DNA from: the human T2T-CHM13v2.0 reference genome, Homo sapiens | Length of the DNA: 64,000 nt | Direction: 5' to 3' (one strand) | Assembly: GCF_009914755.1 (NCBI RefSeq) | Contig: NC_060926.1 | Part shown: piece after piece, positions 41,837 through 57,500 of the stretch | Layout: the number at the start of each line of letters is the position of its first letter | Numbering within the stretch: position 1 is the stretch's first letter | Made by a program: the position numbers and the translations under genes | The notes under the pieces: generated by a model | The model's input: the letters and a program-made list of their open reading frames with translations, nothing else | Databases searched by the model: none | Told to the model about the DNA's origin: nothing

Positions 41837-41970
41837 TAAAACTCTATTTTTTTATGGTCTTGGATTTCTTGGTCATTATTGTTTTGACTCTCCAAAGTAC
41901 TTGGATATAAGCATCTTTCTTCAAGGCAGGAGATAAAGGGAGACTTCAAGATAGACAAGATGGAAACTGA

Positions 41971-42323
<353 letters not shown>

Positions 42324-45300
42324 CTTTTTTTCTTAGTAAGTAGGTAGACAAATTCTCTGCTGTGAATGAGACCTGGGGATTGAATTGGTATGAAGATTTC
42401 CAGGGTTTAGAGTGGGGAAGACTTGGATGGGGTTTTCTGGGAAATGTTGAATAAACTAGAGTTGAGTAAAAGGTTTGTTGAGTAGCAGAGGGAATCCCTA
42501 AATAATTTATGAGGGTAGTTTCTCTAAGCTCACAAGTTTCTGATGGCAGAAGTTATTATTCTTCAGTTGCAGATGAGACAACTGAGAATTTGCCAAGGTT
42601 CTACGATTTGTATCAACTCCTGTAATTATCTATCTATTTTTATGGAGTTGGCTATCAATATTTATTTCTCAATTATTTGATAGAATGTCACTTCTTGAGA
42701 GCAGAGACTGTGTCTTCTTCATCTTTGTGTTTTCTTAAATCCTGAGCATAGTGTACAGCACTGAGGAGGTTCTCAAAGGACTGGGATCAGAGCTAGAGGC
42801 TGAGCTCAAAGAGATAGCAAAATATACAAGCAGTGATCGAATCAATTGAAAATTGCTTGTCTAGAGGAGCAGGCCTGGAGCGGGGAGGACAGGAGCTCAG
42901 GGAGGAGCTTAACTCACACTCTCATGCAGTATCCTCCATGAAGGTGAGGCCTCTGGATGTTCAGACTGCCCCTGGCTCATCAGGATTCTCCTTCTGACCC
43001 TGGAACTTATGTGTAGTAGGGAATCTGCCTTTCTCTGCTTTTCCATGAATCCACCTTCACCATCAAGGACTGACTACTAAGCTTTCTTGCTCTTGCTCTT
43101 TATGACTCATCACACCACTTCCAGCCTTGTATAACCAAGTCCTTGAAAATAATAACTCATAATAACGTAGTGTTCTGGTGAAGGGAAAATCCAGGGCCTT
43201 CAAAATTGCAGGAAATCCACTGGAGCCTGCTATTGAGTATGGATGTGAAAGTGTACCTGTGTGTGGCTATGCATGCGTGTGATGCATAGTGTGGCTTCCT
43301 GAAAGTACATGTCCATCCATGCAGGTAAGCGTGTGCATATGCTTGTGAATGAGGGTACATGAGGGCTCAAGTCATGTCTAGCTGATTTATTGTCCTACAA
43401 GTTCACCTGCTACTTCAAAAGAAAATACAATTTTCCAGACTTCTCAGTCATAAAGTGACCTAAGCCCAAGCATTGATTTGAATCTCCTAAAGATAGTTGT
43501 GAAAATACCTGCATTGCTCAGCACCACCATATCACTTGATATTCCAGAAGTTAAAAAAATTCTTGAAGCATGTTAGTTTTAAAATAAATCTCATGAGATC
43601 TTTAGGAGCTAAATAAAGTAGGGATTATGTGTAATACTTATTAATATTAAATATTTTCGTTCATCAGTTGAGAGTGGAATCAGTTGCATTAATACACACA
43701 TACACACACATCTATACATAAGTTAGCTGTTTGTTTCTCAGGTGAGAGAAGTACAGTGATTTGCAGTATACAACATGGATAAAATAGCCCTGCAAAGAGG
43801 TGAGGGCCCCATATTCCAATTAGCTCACTCTTTGCCATCCCTAAGGTGTACCCATTGTTCTCATGGCCCCAAATGGCTGCAAGAACTCCAGTCACCTCAT
43901 CCACATTCTAGGGAGGAGGTTGGAAGACAAAAGGGAAAAGGGCATGGCTCCCCTTTTTAAAAAGACTCCCTGGAAACATAAGAGAATGTATAGGCTTACA
44001 TCTGGTTCTAAAAGTTGGTTTCTCTACACTAGTTGCAAGAGAGGCTGGGAAATATAATGTGTTTAGTTGGGGACATGTCTGCCCCATAAAAACAGGAGTT
44101 CTGTTACTAAGATAGCAGGGCAGAATGGAAATTGAGTGACAAGTGGCAGTTCCTGTCACATTATATGGTGCTTTTATCTCTCAACTCTCTATCCTGCTAT
44201 CCTGTTATTCTAACACTCTATCTGGTGGATAAGGCCGATGATGTCAGCCCACTGAATTGTGAGCTCTTACAGGGAGGAACCTATTATTCGTCTTTTTTAT
44301 CCTGTCTCTTCAGCTCCTTTCTTTAGCTTTGTGTCTGGCATATTAGTAAGTTCAAAATCCCCATTTTACAGGTAAGAAAATGGAGCCAAAGGGACATAGT
44401 GTGACTTACAATGTGGATTAATGAGACTTGAGAGCAGAGTCAGTCTGCTGTCACCCAGATGCTGGAGACTTATCACCCATTGCTGCCGTGGATTCCAGAA
44501 ACCTGGCATCATTTTCAGGTGCTGGGGGATTTGGAGAAGAAAGCAGTCTTATATTACAATCTTATCTTTCAGGTCCTGGAAATGCAAAAATATAGCCTGT
44601 CCAAGCAGTCACCATTTTAATTCTGAATGACATTTCTCATTGTCCTACAAAAAAGAACATGTTCCTAGGAGTGTATTTTTTTTAATGTGTTTTTTCATTT
44701 TTGGCAATGAAACATGAAGTCAGTCAGCACAAGGTAGGGTCTTTTCAAAAGCACATAAGAGAGATTCTGCTTGATTCCCACCCAGGTTCCGGCAGTGCCT
44801 CAACCTCTGGCTGTTACCAACATCCTGTCCTGGCTATGTTCTTGTTTGCTTTTATTTTTGTTTGCATGAGCTTCTACCAGACCTAGGCAAGGTGCTAGGT
44901 GCTTTATGTATATCATTCCCTTCAATTTCTCAACTCTTTAAGATAGGCATTTGTTCTGATCACCTCCTAGTCATTCCATTGGTAAAGGAGGCCTCCTTTG
45001 CCCTAAATAGCATGGGATGACTGCACACAGGACACGTGACACTTGACACGTGGTTCTGACGGCAGTGTATTAGTCACATATACTCGCAGCCCTGGGGTGG
45101 AGGATGCTGCCTGCTATGCAGGGCCACATGGGGTGGCACTCAGGAGCAGAATGAACCAACAGGGACTGTGGGAGGCAGGCTTTGTAATGACAACAGCGTC
45201 AGGTGCCTCTTGGTTTCCTTGAGAGGATGTGATTGGCTTTATGAGTAGTTTCATGGGCTGGCAGGGAGGTAAAATCCACTAGGTTGAGTTAGGGTTAGGG

Positions 45301-46531
45301 GATGCAGCTGGTCCAGCTGATAGGGGATATAGCCAGGCAGGGAGCCTTTACCACTGTGTGGGGGCATATCTAGCGAGAGCATGGGAACTCATGGCTAAGC
45401 CTCTGGAGAACTGTGAGGCTCAAAGATGTCAGTGGCACGTGGAATTTCAGACTTTACAATACAGTATCATTATCCTCATTTTGCATGAGAGGAACTGAGG
45501 CACAGGTGGGCCAAGGTGACTTAGCTAGTATAATGCTGAGCCTGACACCATATAGCTTTTCCTTTCCTCTCTATTGCTCTGTATCAAATCATCTTGTAAA
45601 TGAGGAGGCCGAGGATCAGAGAAAGAAATGATGTGCTCAAAGTCACTCAGCTAGAGAGGGACGGGGTTAAGTTAAAACTCGAGGTGTGGAGTCTAGTGCT
45701 CTTCACCTGCTGGGACAACTGCCTCTGGCTGCATTGGTCCTGACACCAGAAGACTAGTCACAGCCTGCTGGCTTCCACATCTCTGGGCAGGCAGAGTAGA
45801 ACGTGACTTTGGTAATGCCGACTGAAATATCAGCAGGGTTCCTGCAGTTTACTATTTCTTAAAGGTTGAACTGGAGATTGGACTGGTAAGTTTTTGTTTT
45901 TAGCTGTTCTGTAGAGAAATAAGGATTGAGACAATCTTACTGTATCCAGGGATGATACTGAAATATTTAGCAACTGCTAGAAAGACTGTCAGTTCTAGCT
46001 GCCCCAGACATTAACTCTGTAGTTTTTGAGAGCGTGGAAAATCTGAAGTGTCCCTGGGACAGGGCTGGGGCAACAGGAAGGATGTTCATGGGGCTTGGGG
46101 GCGTGGCTATTTACCAGCCAATGCAGAAGCATTTCAATATTCTCATATCAGCTCTGTTCGTATTCTAACCAGCAATCCTGCACTGTGTATATATCCCCCT
46201 CACATTCTCCCCATGTGCATAAAGTGGCACATGCAAGGATGTTCATCCCAGTGTTGTTTGTATTGGGGGGCATTTGGGGTAGTTTGGGCATCTGTCCCTG
46301 GGGAGTGTTGGGCAGCATGTGGATAACATGATAATAATGAGAAACAGGCCAGATGCACCCAGAGCAAGAGTGATGGAGCTAAAAACACCCCACCGTGTGG
46401 AGTGGAACACAAGAAAAGACTGAGATAAAGGACAAGTTACCATTTACATAAATTAAAACAGTATGCATTCAAAACAGTCATATACATTTTATAGGGACAC
46501 ATGGAAAAAGAGACTATCAATAAGCATGTTA

Positions 46532-46952
<421 letters not shown>

Positions 46953-47877
46953 CTAATGATGACAATATGCCGTAACTGAAGAGTATGGTCAAGTTAACCC
47001 TCTGCATCCAAGGGAAATAAAAGAAGGAAAGAAAGATGAATAAGTCAGTGCAGCTGACCAACACTCCTCAATATTTCCAGCTGTTCATAAAGAGGAAGAG
47101 TGAGGTGCATTCAAGATGAAATGACCTGTGAGTTACTGCTTACAGAGAGTGGGGCGTTCACTGCCCACTGTGCTCATCCAGAAAGACTTTTTGAACCCTT
47201 CTCACCACCATATTTTGAAATGGAAGAATTTCCTTCTCATTATTGTGAAAAGAAATGGTGATTTTTTTTCAAAAGAAATTTTAATGGAAAATGAAACAAG
47301 ACAAAATATGTAGAACAGAAAGACATTCAGAAAAATAGTGTCTAAACACACATTTTCTTTTTTTAAACCCTAAGAATGAGTATTCTAGTCCCCAGGCTCC
47401 TGGCTGAGCCTGTGCCTGGATGCCTGGCCTTGGGCTCCCTTCCTTGCCCCAGGCGGGCCTCAGGCCCTGACCTCGTCTCCCACCTCCACTTGAGGAGCAC
47501 ATTCAGGGTGGTTACAGCTGACTCCAGGCCCCTTTTCTTTCAGAGGATAGGGGGCAACTTCCTCACAGATGCAGCCTAGTGATGCCACGTGTGGCCCTCT
47601 TGTGTATGATATTTAGTTTAACACAGGCTTTCTGGAACACATGGGAGAACCTGGGTGCCTGTGTTGTGGGGTGATGGGTTTCCACTTGAGCACTTAGAGA
47701 ACCCTTTGTCTCACGATGATGGACACTCCTATTTCCTTCCCTTCCCCAACCCTGGGTCACACTAGACCTGTCATTCCTCTTTATATCACTAAGAGCCGGG
47801 TAGTGAGTTTGCCAGTTATTTCCCACAGGGCTGAAGGAAGGCTCTGTCCTAGCAGCCTTGATTCTGGTAACATAGGG

Positions 47878-47878
<1 letters not shown>

Positions 47879-47917
<39 letters not shown>

Positions 47918-48085
47918 TTCCTTCCTTCCTTCCTTCCTTCCTTCCTTCCTTCCTTCCTTCCTTCCTTCCCTCCCTCCCTCCCTTCCTCTCTCTCCCTCTC
48001 TCCCTCCTTCCCTCTCTTGCCTACTCCTCTCTTTCTGTCTCTCTCTCTCTCCCTTCCTCCCTCCTTTCTTCCTTTCTTTCCATTC
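47879..48085. repeat. (TTTC)n(TTCC)n polypyrimidine tract
   Basis: Directly visible. Confidence 0.92.
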
Positions 48086-48947
48086 TTCGTGGGATTCCTT
48101 AAACATTTTATTTGAATCTCATTTATAAATATTTTAACTTTTAAGAACTAATGAAAACCATCATGAAGACTCAAGAGTGCTATGCCAAAACTGTAACACA
48201 CTGAAACTCATCAACAGGTTGAATACTTCTGACACAATCCCCCAGTTTGCTCATGCTTTAGAATAAAACTTCAGCTGTGCCTAGCACTTATCAGAACCTC
48301 CTCTGGCTTAGAGTTGGGAGCTCTCAGTGGCCTGCACATGGGAGGTGGGAGGGAGTGAACTGACTGCCATTGTCACCTCACCAGACACACAGACTAGGAC
48401 CTGGTACCTGGGCCAGAAGGTGTGGGCTACTCTCGCCTTCAACATAGGGTATTTTCATAATACAAGGGACTGGGGAACATGAAGAAGAGGGATCTTCAGA
48501 TGCCAGCACCCAGGTGTGAGGGCGACATCCGAATCCCCACTTTTCAGCAGGCAGAAACTCTACCCTTGAAGATGGATGTGAGTGACAGAAACCACAAATA
48601 ACAACAGCTGAAATGAGATGCTAGTTTCTTTCTTTCATATAAATGAGGGCAGTCCAGTGCTGTTAAGAGGACCTAGGCCCCTTCTAGCTACTCATCTGAC
48701 CATCCTTATTATGTGGCTTGTACCTGTGGGTTCAAATGTCTATCCAGATCCAGTGATCTTCTCTGTGCTCCAGAGAGCATGAAGGCAAAAGAGGGAAGGG
48801 GAAGGGCACTCCCCTCTTCCTGTGAGGACACTGCCCAGAAGCTGAATGTGCCACTTCCACTGACGTCCCATAGGAAATAAGTCAGGTACATGCTGTCCTC
48901 TCACTGCTAGGATGTGTAGATTTTATCCTAGGCAGCAATATCGCTAG

Positions 48948-49061
48948 GAGGATGGCCAACTGTCCTGGTTTGCCCTGGAATGTAGTGGTTCCTGAAATGC
49001 TGGACTTTGAATTTTAAAACTGGGGCAGTTTCAGACAAACTGGGAAGAGCTGGTCACTCTA
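48948..49061. mobile_element. MER81-like hAT-Blackjack MITE
   Basis: aggatggccaactgtcctggtttg...caaactgggaagagctggtcactcta terminal inverted repeats. Confidence 0.7.
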
Positions 49062-49256
49062 GTACCCAGTAATACTTGGAGATATTATTACTGAGAAAGC
49101 AGAAATGATCATGAGGGTATGCCCAGGATTCTTTGTCATGGGGATACTCTTCATTTGTCTAGTTGGAAATGAAGGCTGTGCCTTAAGTTCCACCCCACAA
49201 ATGAAGGGCTACTAAAGAGGTGCGAAATGCCCCCAGAGGAACAACCATGAGGATGA

Positions 49257-49700
<444 letters not shown>

Positions 49701-50597
49701 TAATGTGCTCTTAAGATATTGAGATGAACAACACCACTTAGTTCCTGCCCTCAAGGAACTCACAGTTTAATCCATCCATATAGACAATGAATGATAGTAC
49801 AGGAGTCTAACTGTAATCGGAGCTTTGTACAAAGTATAATGGGACCCAGTAGAGCAAGCAACTAAATTTGCTTTGCGAGTCAGAGAAAGCCTCAGAGAAT
49901 GGGTGACATATACTGGATCCTGGAGATTAAGCAGGCATTTTCCGGTGGAGAAGGAAACACTATAGGAACGAGGCACCAGAAAGGCAAGACTCAGATGGCA
50001 TGCAGTGAGCATAGAGGAGAGATGGGCCACTTCTGTCGGGCTGGAATGTGAGGAAAGTGCAGAGGAGAGGGGAGGGGAGGTGGTGATGAATGAGTAAGGC
50101 AGAGAGAAAGGTGTGAAGAGCTTGAAATGTGGTAAAAAATCAAGTTGTGACCAGAGTATGAGCAATCTGGAAGGCCATCCCTGGAAATATTTTCATGGGC
50201 TAACTTCTCAGACAGAGCCTTTCCTATACTAGAGTGTTATGAGGACCTGCCAGTGTGATGGAGTAAACACCTTCCTTTCCGTGCCTAGGGTCAGGCACAG
50301 GTGTTCTGTGGCACTCACCTTGGGCAATACTCAAGGGCCTTCAGAGGGTGATTCTGAGTACCTGAGGACAGCATTCCTTTGTGCCTGGAGACATAGCCTG
50401 TCACAGGGTTTTTTCTTTCTTTAATAATTTATAAAGTGTCTCCTTTTATCTATAGAAACATAAAGCTTTTAGACCTGGCAAGGGCCTTAAAGATGATATA
50501 GTCCCAACCCAAATGGAGGGCCCAAGAGGAAATATCACTGAGGTAATCAGGGACAGAGCTGAATCAGAATTCAAGTCTTTGTACTTGAAGATCATAA

Positions 50598-50923
<326 letters not shown>

Positions 50924-53599
50924 TTAAGAAACTTTTGATATAAAAATAATACCACAGGGCAGTTAGAGTAAGCATACAATAATTTTGTGAAAAGAGCATG
51001 ATCATTGTAGCAATAATCTGAAATAAAAACATTCTAGCTGATTGAGAACTAAATTTAATTTAATGTAAATTTAGTTCTGAGCTTCCTGGCAGCCAAGCAA
51101 AGACAGCGATATGATGGTTTACATGTTTTATTTTTACCTGGCAAAAGGTAGCGTAGAAATAAGGGATTTAGGTTTTGACTAGGATCAGATGAAACTGGGC
51201 AGCCTTCAGTAATTCACTTCACAAACATGCAGATCCAACAGAAGTTCCTGGAAATTCAGTCTTCAAGGAGCTTATTGTCTAGTGGAAGACAAACAGTTAA
51301 AATCCCATATGGTAGATTCTATGAAAGTGGGAGGCAAAGGCTGCTGAGGGAGTGTGGAAAGGAAACACACAACACACAACCCAGGATGAGAGAGGCGGCT
51401 TCCCAGAGGGTCGTGATTATGATGTGATTATCCACTGAATCTCATCCTAAGGGAGAAGGGGTCTGTTGGGCAAAGCAAAGCTTGGTGATGGGGAACTGTG
51501 TTCTTAGCTGAGGAGGCACTGCTGTGCATTCAGAGAGTCAAGAAAAAGCATGGTGGGTCTGGGGAGTTGCAGGTGTTTCATGTGCTCAGACTAACTGGAG
51601 TGATATTCAGGCAGCTGGGTAGAAAGTGGCAAGTGAGAGGCACACACCAAATAAACGCTGCTCATTATGACTAGACCCCTCACTCCCAACCTTCCTGCCA
51701 GAGATGAGCACATCTTCATTTTCACCTGCAGACCTGTTCCAATTTAAGAAGCTAATGAGCACTTCCCTTTCCTTCAGGACTAAGGCAAGTACTAATCTAG
51801 CTGATTTCTGTCATTTGAACTTTAGTGAGAATAAAAAGTCGGGGACAGGTTTGGCTCTGGGGAGGGAAGGGAAGACATGGATGTGTGATAGGTGGGTAAG
51901 AGAGGGAGACCTCCAAACGAGGCCTGGAAGACAGACTGAAATGCATCCCACATTAGTGGCATGTGTCTCCATCCACTCCAGGAGTCCTCTGAAACCACAG
52001 AGGAGTGAGCATTATTGTCAACGATGATTAAATGATTGACCCCTCACAGATTAAATGCATGGTTTATCTAGATGTTTCTCTATAGGCACAGTTAATTAAG
52101 AGGGAACGGGATGTCATATCAGGAGGCATAAAGACTGGGCAGGAAGTGGGTGTGTGGGGAAAAGGAGGCAGTTAGTTCACAGCATGCCCCCGGTAATGGA
52201 GACTGGGGTTGGGGAAGGGGCTACATACCGTGTGTGTGAATTTACCACTTTGCCTAGCTCAACCTTGGTCAACATTCAAGAGTAAACTTTTGGGGAGCAG
52301 ACCTGCCTCAGGGGTCATCCGATGTGGTCCTTTTTATTATTTCATTGGCTTCACATGATTACCCTGGGAGAGAGGAAATTTCCTTACAGATGACAAAATC
52401 AGGGCTGAAAGACGAAGTGGCTCCCTGCAGGGCTCAGCAGGGTAAGAAGTCCTGTCTGTCTCTGTCTCAGATCTGTGGCCCTTCTCTGTGCCCACTCCTA
52501 CATGCCCACCGTGGAGGCCCACCCCTTCTGTCCTCAGCTCCTGCAGATGCACAGGGGCCCTTACTGGCTCCCACTGTGTGTGCCTTCCCGACTGCTCACA
52601 TGTTCCGCCCAGACCCCAGGAGAAAGACCTCACTGCCAACTCTTCTGCACTGCAGGTGCCTTCTGCAGTGCTTAGAGATTCTGAACATATTTCCTTCTCA
52701 AGTAAACCATGCTGGACTTTTTGGATAAACTTAGTGATTTTAAAATGATTAAATAGGTAACTGCTGGGAGAGATCTGGAAGCATTCTTCTAAGGTGTTGA
52801 TAAAATGTAAATATATTTTTAGAACAATCTTAGAGCTTATGCTAAAGAAGATGAACTATGTAAGAAAGTTACCTTCTTCAGCCACTTGTAAATAGCAGTG
52901 TGGACCAATGCTTTGGATCCTCTTCCACAGGAGAGGAGACAAGATTGGAGGAACCAAAGAACCATGGAATTAGGGACAAATGGCTCAGAACAGTGCTCTG
53001 CAGACACATGCATCTGTACTTTGCTTCCCAGAAGCCAAATGAAACTGTTGGAGCTTGGTGGGCTCCAGGCCTCAGGGGGAAGACCACCCTAGGCTTTATC
53101 TTTTCCTCTGCCCTTCCTGCCTGCTGTTAGCCTCTCCTCTGGACCAAAACTCCCTTTAAGGGGAAAACCTCCTCTTTGAAGCCCACAAGATACGGTGAGG
53201 ATTACTGCCTTTTTCTGATTTCCAACGTGGGTTTTTCATTAAGCAAAGAACAATTAGAAAACCCACACATAACATAGGGTATTCAGTAAGTTCAGGAAAG
53301 TGTTTTCCACCATCTCTTTGCCCCCATTCCCTCCCCAGCGCTTGGCTCAAGGTCTGGAGCTTGAATCTGCATCGTCTTCCTAGGTGCTTGCCTGAGGTGA
53401 GTGGTCAGCGGGTGCTGGCTTGGGGGCAGCTGGCAGGGCGTATGCTGCGGGTAGGAACCCAGGGAACACTGGGCGCCTTAGCTTGGAGCAGCTGGCTCCG
53501 AGGAATTGTTCCACGTCTGCACAACTTAAAAATCTGCAGTTTGGGGGCGGGAGGGGGAGCGCGGGGGTGGGTCCCGAAGCGTCCCATTTCTCCTCCTGG

Positions 53600-53822
53600 C
53601 TGTTAACTGAGCGCTCTCGCTCAGTGCAGCGAGGCCAGCGATGCCTTCTGGACCACACGCTGTCCTCGCCGAGGTCCTGGTTTGTTCCTCAACGTCGGCT
53701 GAAGGCATCGTCCCCTGACTTCCTCTTCCATTCGTCCTTCCGAAAGGGGACCCGACTGGTTCCTCTTCTACATATGAGGCGCATCTGCTTGGTGCAAATG
53801 TCCAAGCACCTCTTCTGACTCG
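53600..53822 (+). other. KCNS3: Alternative non-coding first exon (upstream TSS; start approximate)
   Basis: Strong donor TCG|GTGAGT at 53823-53828 inside the CpG island. Confidence 0.55.
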
Positions 53823-54409
53823 GTGAGTGGAGGAATAAGACAAAGCATCTTGTTCTGCACTGTGCCTGAGTCTTCAGGCAGCGGGACCGGTGGCAAACAT
53901 TGGCAGGAACTGGAGCTATATGTACTCTCCTTCGCACTTTGTTTTAAAACAAGTTTGGGCCTCGCGATTTCCTGAGGAAATCCAGGCAAATTAGCAAAGT
54001 GTCGCTTGGGCCGCGACTTTAGAAAGGCGGTTGCCCCAGCCGCCGGGGCCGCGGGGGAGGTCATCTTTTTCCCGCAGGGCCACGGCGCTTCCGGCCCAGG
54101 AGGGCGCGCAGGTGGGAGGCGCGGGGCGCGCTCCTGGTCCCACCCGGACAGCGCCTGCCGCTCCGGGGTGACTCTGCACTTGGGCCTGGGCGGGGGCGCG
54201 CGGCCGGCAGGGCAGCATCTAGGTCTATGGGTCTGTCCGCCTGTCTGGCGGTCGGAGCCCCGCAGTCCTCAGCCGCCCGCGCCCTCGGCCCGGGGCGCCC
54301 GGCTGCGGGCCCGAAGCGAGGGGCTGGCGGAGCTGCGACCAATGGGGCGGCGGCCGAGCGGCGGGCCCCGCCCCGTCCCGTCCGGCCCCGCCCCGCCCGC
54401 AGCTCCCGG

Positions 54410-54582
54410 GAGCCTCGCTCCAGCGGGGCGGGACCGACGGACAGACCGGCCGACGCGGGCCACCCCGCTCTCCTCGCCGCCGCGGCGGCAGGCGCGGGGC
54501 CGCGCCGCGAGGCCTGATCCCTGCAGCGCGGGCAGGCGGCGTCGCAGAGCGGAGCTAGCTGGATGCGTCCGGACTCCTGCAG
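54410..54582 (+). other. KCNS3: Non-coding first exon (start approximate)
   Basis: Lies downstream of CCAAT/GC boxes; ends ...GGACTCCTGCAG|GTACCT; recalled as KCNS3 mRNA leader; CDS lies outside the window. Confidence 0.7.
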
Positions 54583-57500
54583 GTACCTGGCTGGCGTCCC
54601 CACCTCCCTGCGCGCTCCGGAGACTTCTCCGGGCGACCCTGCAACTTTACCGCGCCTTCCCCCACCTTTTGCTGCCCCAGTCTCCTGTGGTCCAGGTCGC
54701 GGGTGCACGACCCCGAGGGTCTACGGCCGCAGAGCACTTTCCGTCCTTCTGGGCGTCTGGCCCGCGGCGCCCGCATCCTCTGGTCCCCAGAGCCCGCCGT
54801 CGCTGGAGCCCTAAGGCTCCGCCTGTTGCGTGAACTGCGGGCTGTTGAAGCGGTGGCTGGGTTGATTTGAAAGCCTCGGGGAAGGTATTTAGGATCAGCT
54901 TTCGGGGAGTGGGGTGGGCTATGGTCAGGGGGAGGACCACCTGGAGGCGGGAGAATCGATGAGCCGAAGAAAGGCGGCACCTCGCGTAGGGGCATCCCCG
55001 GGGCGTTTCCTTGGCCGGGAAGCCGTTCCTTCCCTTCCTCGAGAGGAGGCGCTTTCCTGGCGCTTGTAAATGCTTCCCGGGCCGTCTGCTCCGCCTTCTT
55101 TGTCATTCCTCCCCTCCCCTTTGCCCTGCAGCTGTGCTAGGCGCCCCGCGACAGTTGCAGGGAAGAGCGAACCCAGGGCCCTTGCTCTCGTGCAGCGCTG
55201 CGCCCTGGGTGGGGACGGCGTGAGGCTTGCAGCGCAGGTGTGGAGTCACTTGCGGACTCTGCGTTTGGATCAGTGGCAGTGGTGGGGAAGGGTCACCCCG
55301 GGGTCAGGAACTCCTCTTTTTTTTTTCGCGCCCTTCTGGGTGGCTGCCCGACCTCCTGAGGCACCTTGGCTAGCAAGCGAGCCAGTCTTGCCGGCAGGGG
55401 CCGCGGCGAGCCTGGCTGGGCGCCTTTCGCATTGCAGGGCTTGTCCTGCACCCCCAACCCCGCTCTGTCCCTTCTCGTTCATTTGGAGAAAGGAGCACCT
55501 TTTGCATTCTTGATGTCTCCCCCCGGTTTTGTCTGGGGAGACCGAGCCGAAAGCTTCACTCGGGTGGCCCGCAGCAGGGGCAGAGGACAGCAAAGAGCTA
55601 CCTCCACCTGCCAAAATGACCCAGGGGCCCTGGTTTGGTGCCAAGGCGTGAAGTGGGGGGAGGGGCGGTAGGTGTTCCTTACGTTCCTGCCGGAGAGTAG
55701 CTTTGTGGTTGGCCAGGAGCCTTCGTTCGGGTTTTTTGTCTTTCACCCTACCCTCTGAAAATACTGGAGCAGATGAGTACAAACAGTTCAGAAGCCTTTC
55801 CTGTTTCTTTCCCTGTATTTACTCAAGCGATTTGCGTAACCATTCACTTGGAACTGTGTAAGTCACTCCTAGTTGCCCCCCTTCTTAGACTATTTGCAAA
55901 TACCTGCCCAGGTAAACAGGAAGCACGCACCTATCTCTTAGCTGAAGGCATATGCCCTCGTGCTTTGTCTTCCCTGCATATCTGGAGCCGAAGAGGTGGC
56001 TTTGATTCTCTAGCTGAACTTGGTGTAATGTGCAGGCTCCACTTCTTACCTGGGTGGTGACCTTCTTGAGGAGATTGACTCGTTCAGTATGCATTTCCAA
56101 CCAGCCCGCCATGGGCCAGGCCCCAGGATGCACTCGGGGACAGACAGCAAATGGATGATATAATTTCTGCACCCAGTCTAGTCTGTTCTTTCTTTCTCAC
56201 CAGCTTCCCTTCTTCTCTTGTTCTAATATTATGTTTGTCGTTTCTGAACTAGGAATTGTCAATATTGGGATCCGGAGAAGGTCATATGAAGGTGCCATAG
56301 AACTCTGAATCCAAAGCATGTTGTGAATATACTAAGGAGACTTGCGGGATCAGTATTAATTGAATCTTTTGTCTGACCCATAATTGCCTGAATAGAGCCA
56401 TTGATGAATGCAGCTACGCTAAGGTTTTGCTGGTCAAGTGTATGAGGGCAAATTGGGAGGTCAGAAGCAGTCTTTGTTCTGTTCTGAAATATTATAATAT
56501 TAAAAATCCAAAGCTCTGGAGCTTGAGTTTGCCAGCAAAGCACCAACTGAGTATCATCATCTTCTTTTAAGAAGGAAGGGGGAGAGTGGGAACTGCAGCT
56601 CCCTCCTGTCTTCAGTGGGTTTTGCCCTTCACTGTAATTCTTCACAGACGTGCATCCCTCTGTTCTACCACCCATCTCAATCTGCCCTGTGTCTGGCATT
56701 TGCCATTGGAATGTGTGTCAGCTTTGAGAGAGTAGGCACCACAGGGTTTTCCTCCTCCTTTTCCTTCTATTTTTTAATAGATAACATTTATTAGCTGCAT
56801 ACTATATATCAGATACTCTGCTAGGCACTTTTCCAGGCATTATCTCATTTAATTCCCATAACAACTGCATGAGGATGTGATGCTTGCTTTCTTCACTGCA
56901 GTATTGCTGTGGGAGCCAGCAGTAGATGGAACCCCCCAGGTGCATGTTGAGTCAGATGGGAGGCCAGTGGGAAATGGTGGGCCTGAGGTCTCACTAGGAG
57001 GAAGGACGACTCTGCAGGGTATGTTGAAGCAGAGAAGGTGGGTGTGTTTATTGACTCTGCTTATCAGGTGTCAGGAAAGTGCATCTTCCAGAGTGCCACC
57101 TGTGTGAAATACCCACAAAGAAACATCATAGAGAAGAGAATAGGATGTGGGGACCCAGTTTCCAGCTGTGATATCTATTTCTTTATGGCTCCTTGACTTG
57201 ACATGTCATTTTGCTAATCTGGGTCTTGGTCTGTTTAGCTGCACTGACCTAGATCTCTAATATTTGTTGTTACGCTGTACTAGGCACTAAAAGCTAAAAG
57301 CTTTTACATGTATGAACTCACTTCATCCTGATGACAATCTTAGGATGGTAGGTTCTATTATCACCGTATTTTACAGGAGGAAAGAGAGACAAACTGAGTA
57401 ACTTGTACAAGGTCACCCAGCCCGGAAAAGGTGAAGCTAGGATTCTATCCCTTGCAGTCTGACTGCAGAGCCACTGTGAGATTCAGTTTTCCTCATTTAT

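Larger units (their letters stand above)
53400..55700 (+). promoter_or_regulatory. KCNS3: CpG island promoter, probably of KCNS3 (Kv9.3)
   Basis: Very high GC and CpG density; CCAAT at 54339-54343; GC boxes near 54366-54400; exon sequence recalled as the KCNS3 5'UTR. Confidence 0.75.

Noticed and set aside
53420-55782. Many long overlapping ORFs (up to 275 aa)
   Set aside because: Stop-poor GC-rich CpG island giving Pro/Arg/Ala/Gly low-complexity translations, with no channel or other domain.
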